From contig NW_026782361.1 of the NCBI RefSeq assembly GCF_031769215.1, forward strand, positions 1,054,001 through 1,118,000: DNA of 64,000 nt. Reading direction: 5' to 3'. Under the pieces are notes generated by a model that worked only from the letters and a program-made list of their open reading frames with translations, had not been told where the DNA came from and did not search any database. Source of the stretch: Ylistrum balloti. Taxonomy: Eukaryota. Positions 62,153-64,000 of this stretch are shown here, piece after piece; the stretch's first letter is position 1; every line of letters begins with the position of its first letter. The position numbers and the translations under genes were made by a program.

Positions 62153-62899
62153 ATTGGAAGCACAGGCATTATAATGATAAACATGATTGAGTAAGTGTTC
62201 TTGTATTTAGTATAATTATCCATTCATGTTCATGTGAACCAGTCAATCTCCTGATTGCTTTTTGTAATGAAACTACACATATCATCCACAATGTAAACCA
62301 GATCTTCAAGTATAGTAGAGTTCACATGATTAACACTTCATCTGCACTTGTGTATGCTTCAGTACATGAAATCCATGTATAAGAAAGTATGCAGCTAATG
62401 GCTACATGTAGCCTTGGTATGTTTCTTTTTTTGTATTGCAGATAATTTTATAACATAAACGCTAACACTATTTCCTTACTTGAGGCAGAATCACATCAAT
62501 GTCATAGTGTTTTAGATGTCTAGTGATAACTCACAGTAGATGAATCACCCTTCAGTTGCTGAACCAATGGCCACATACTACACATCCCTACACTGTGATG
62601 TTTGGTCATCCCTACAGCTACAGTGTAGCACCTATACACTCTGCAGAGTAATACAGTACAACTCATACAGAAATAGAGGACTCATAATTATAATAGCGAA
62701 GTACATTATATAATAATTACATTTCTCCTTACTAACTCTTCCAAATTAATCTATATAGGTATAACGAGTTGGTGCTAATGCAATGCCAAAAATATTAGAT
62801 CTAAAACATAAATGTTCTAGATCTGAATTAATTAAAAATAAACAAATAAAAAACGTTTTTAATGAAAACATTAATTTCATTTCACATCATATTTTTTCT

Positions 62900-63599
62900 C
62901 TCTCTTGAATTTGATTCAGAAAAAGTCCCGTGCTTTATGTTTCGCACTAAACTTAACCTGTGATTGTCAGAATATATGGTAAATTACATAATCAAAATTG
63001 CTATTTTACGTAGCTTCTAAAAATAAAATCGGGGTACTCAAGAAATGTCACGAACGGTGAATCAATAATTTAAGATTAATCTTTGTTGTTTGGAGCATTG
63101 TGTCAAATTGACGATATATATATTATTAAGCTACAGAAATCAAACAATATACTTGACTGCACAACGGGGCACACGTTCAAAACTTGTCATCATTTGCCGT
63201 ATGCTCTCGACTTTCCAAACCCCTCCATCGGCCCTCATCTTAACTTTCGTACCATTTTACAGGAGAGTTACAAATAATGGGGAATAATATTTTAATCGTT
63301 TCTGTCGAAATGTCTGTTTTGGAATTATATTTCAGTAAAAAATAACGATAAGTCATAATAAGGATTTTGTTGTAAGAAAAGCAGTAGTTGAGACTGATTA
63401 TTTTTGTACTTAATGTTTCCGTAAAAAAAATAAAACGACAATAATAATGAGAGCTTCGGAAATTTATATATGCGGGTTTATTCTTTGTACCTGATCATCA
63501 ACTTCCTGTTTAAGAAATACCGCCAGATTTGAGTTCCAAGGATAAACAGAAACGACTAGGAAATGGTGATTGCCTATCGTCCTTAAGTCACTAGATAAA
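62900..63599. promoter_or_regulatory. Candidate bidirectional promoter between LMLN and the CENP-N-like gene
   Basis: CpG frequency rises abruptly compared with the LMLN introns. There is an ETS-like ACTTCCTG at 63501. The two ATGs are divergent and 1.45 kb apart, and the LMLN ATG exon has an upstream acceptor near 62260, implying a non-coding first exon. Confidence 0.5.
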
Positions 63600-63764
63600 A
63601 TGGACGATAGGAGGCTAAGATCAATTATTTCTAATTGCAAAAGCGATTATATCAAACCGCTTTTGACGCAATGGGGACGTCAGATTCAATGCCAAAATAT
63701 TATGTCGGTTAACTTTTCGGATCCAAAGAAAACGATTGCCCAAACACTGTTGTCACTATGTCGA
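63600..63764 (+). CDS. CENPN: Centromere protein N-like, first coding exon (gene continues beyond the window)
   Basis: MDDRRLRSIISNCKSDYIKPLLTQWGRQIQCQNIMSVNFSDPKKTIAQTLLSLCR aligns from memory with human CENP-N MDETVAEFIKRTILKIPMNELTTILKAWDFLSENQLQTVNFRQRKESVVQHLIHLCE (conserved W, VNF..K and L..LC). It ends in a phase-0 donor CGA|gtgagt. Confidence 0.7.
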
Positions 63765-64000
63765 GTGAGTAGAAGTTCCATTGTTGAATGAATTGATAAT
63801 TTTACTACTTACATTATTTTGTTAAATATATTGCATATTACAACACACACTTGTATTTGAACCACAGTTGCAGGTAAACCTGGGAGTTGGCCTGTAACAT
63901 TATAATAGGCATACTGCAGCAGTTATAGTTTAATGACTGATCACGATTTGACAGATGACGCGTAAAGCCCAAAAACAAAGCTAATACCTATGCTTATTAT

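Noticed and set aside
63868-63961. Putative second CENPN exon after accacag
   Set aside because: All three frames hit stops quickly, and the phase-0 reading stops after 9 codons. The true exon 2 probably lies outside the window.

Overview
AT-rich eukaryotic DNA with GT-AG introns. The repeat content looks bivalve (oyster-like), which is an inference from repeat types only. I could assemble four protein-coding genes by hand with matching splice phases: a 2-exon TTC19-like mitochondrial TPR gene (+, 6951-8669); a 7-coding-exon BTB/POZ gene with 13 C2H2 zinc fingers (+, 29136-38763, 979 aa); a 17-coding-exon leishmanolysin-like peptidase/invadolysin (-, 62152-45894, 672 aa, HEILH zinc motif); and the first coding exon of a CENP-N-like gene (+, from 63600), head-to-head with LMLN. 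The rest is decayed mobile elements and at least 12 distinct minisatellite or higher-order arrays. The mobile elements are an RLE-type LINE, a piggyBac, Penelope-like elements, tRNA-derived SINEs, Helentron/pearl-like non-autonomous elements and MITEs. I found no convincing novel multi-gene system. The best leads are structural or regulatory: an intronic array of NF-Y-type CCAAT boxes at exact 32-bp spacing, a perfect 92-bp-arm palindrome, a duplicated splice acceptor just before the LMLN zinc motif, an array seeded at the ZBTB stop codon, two higher-order repeats from one short monomer, and a hammerhead-like motif at a nested Penelope end. All coordinates and translations were read manually and no searches were run.
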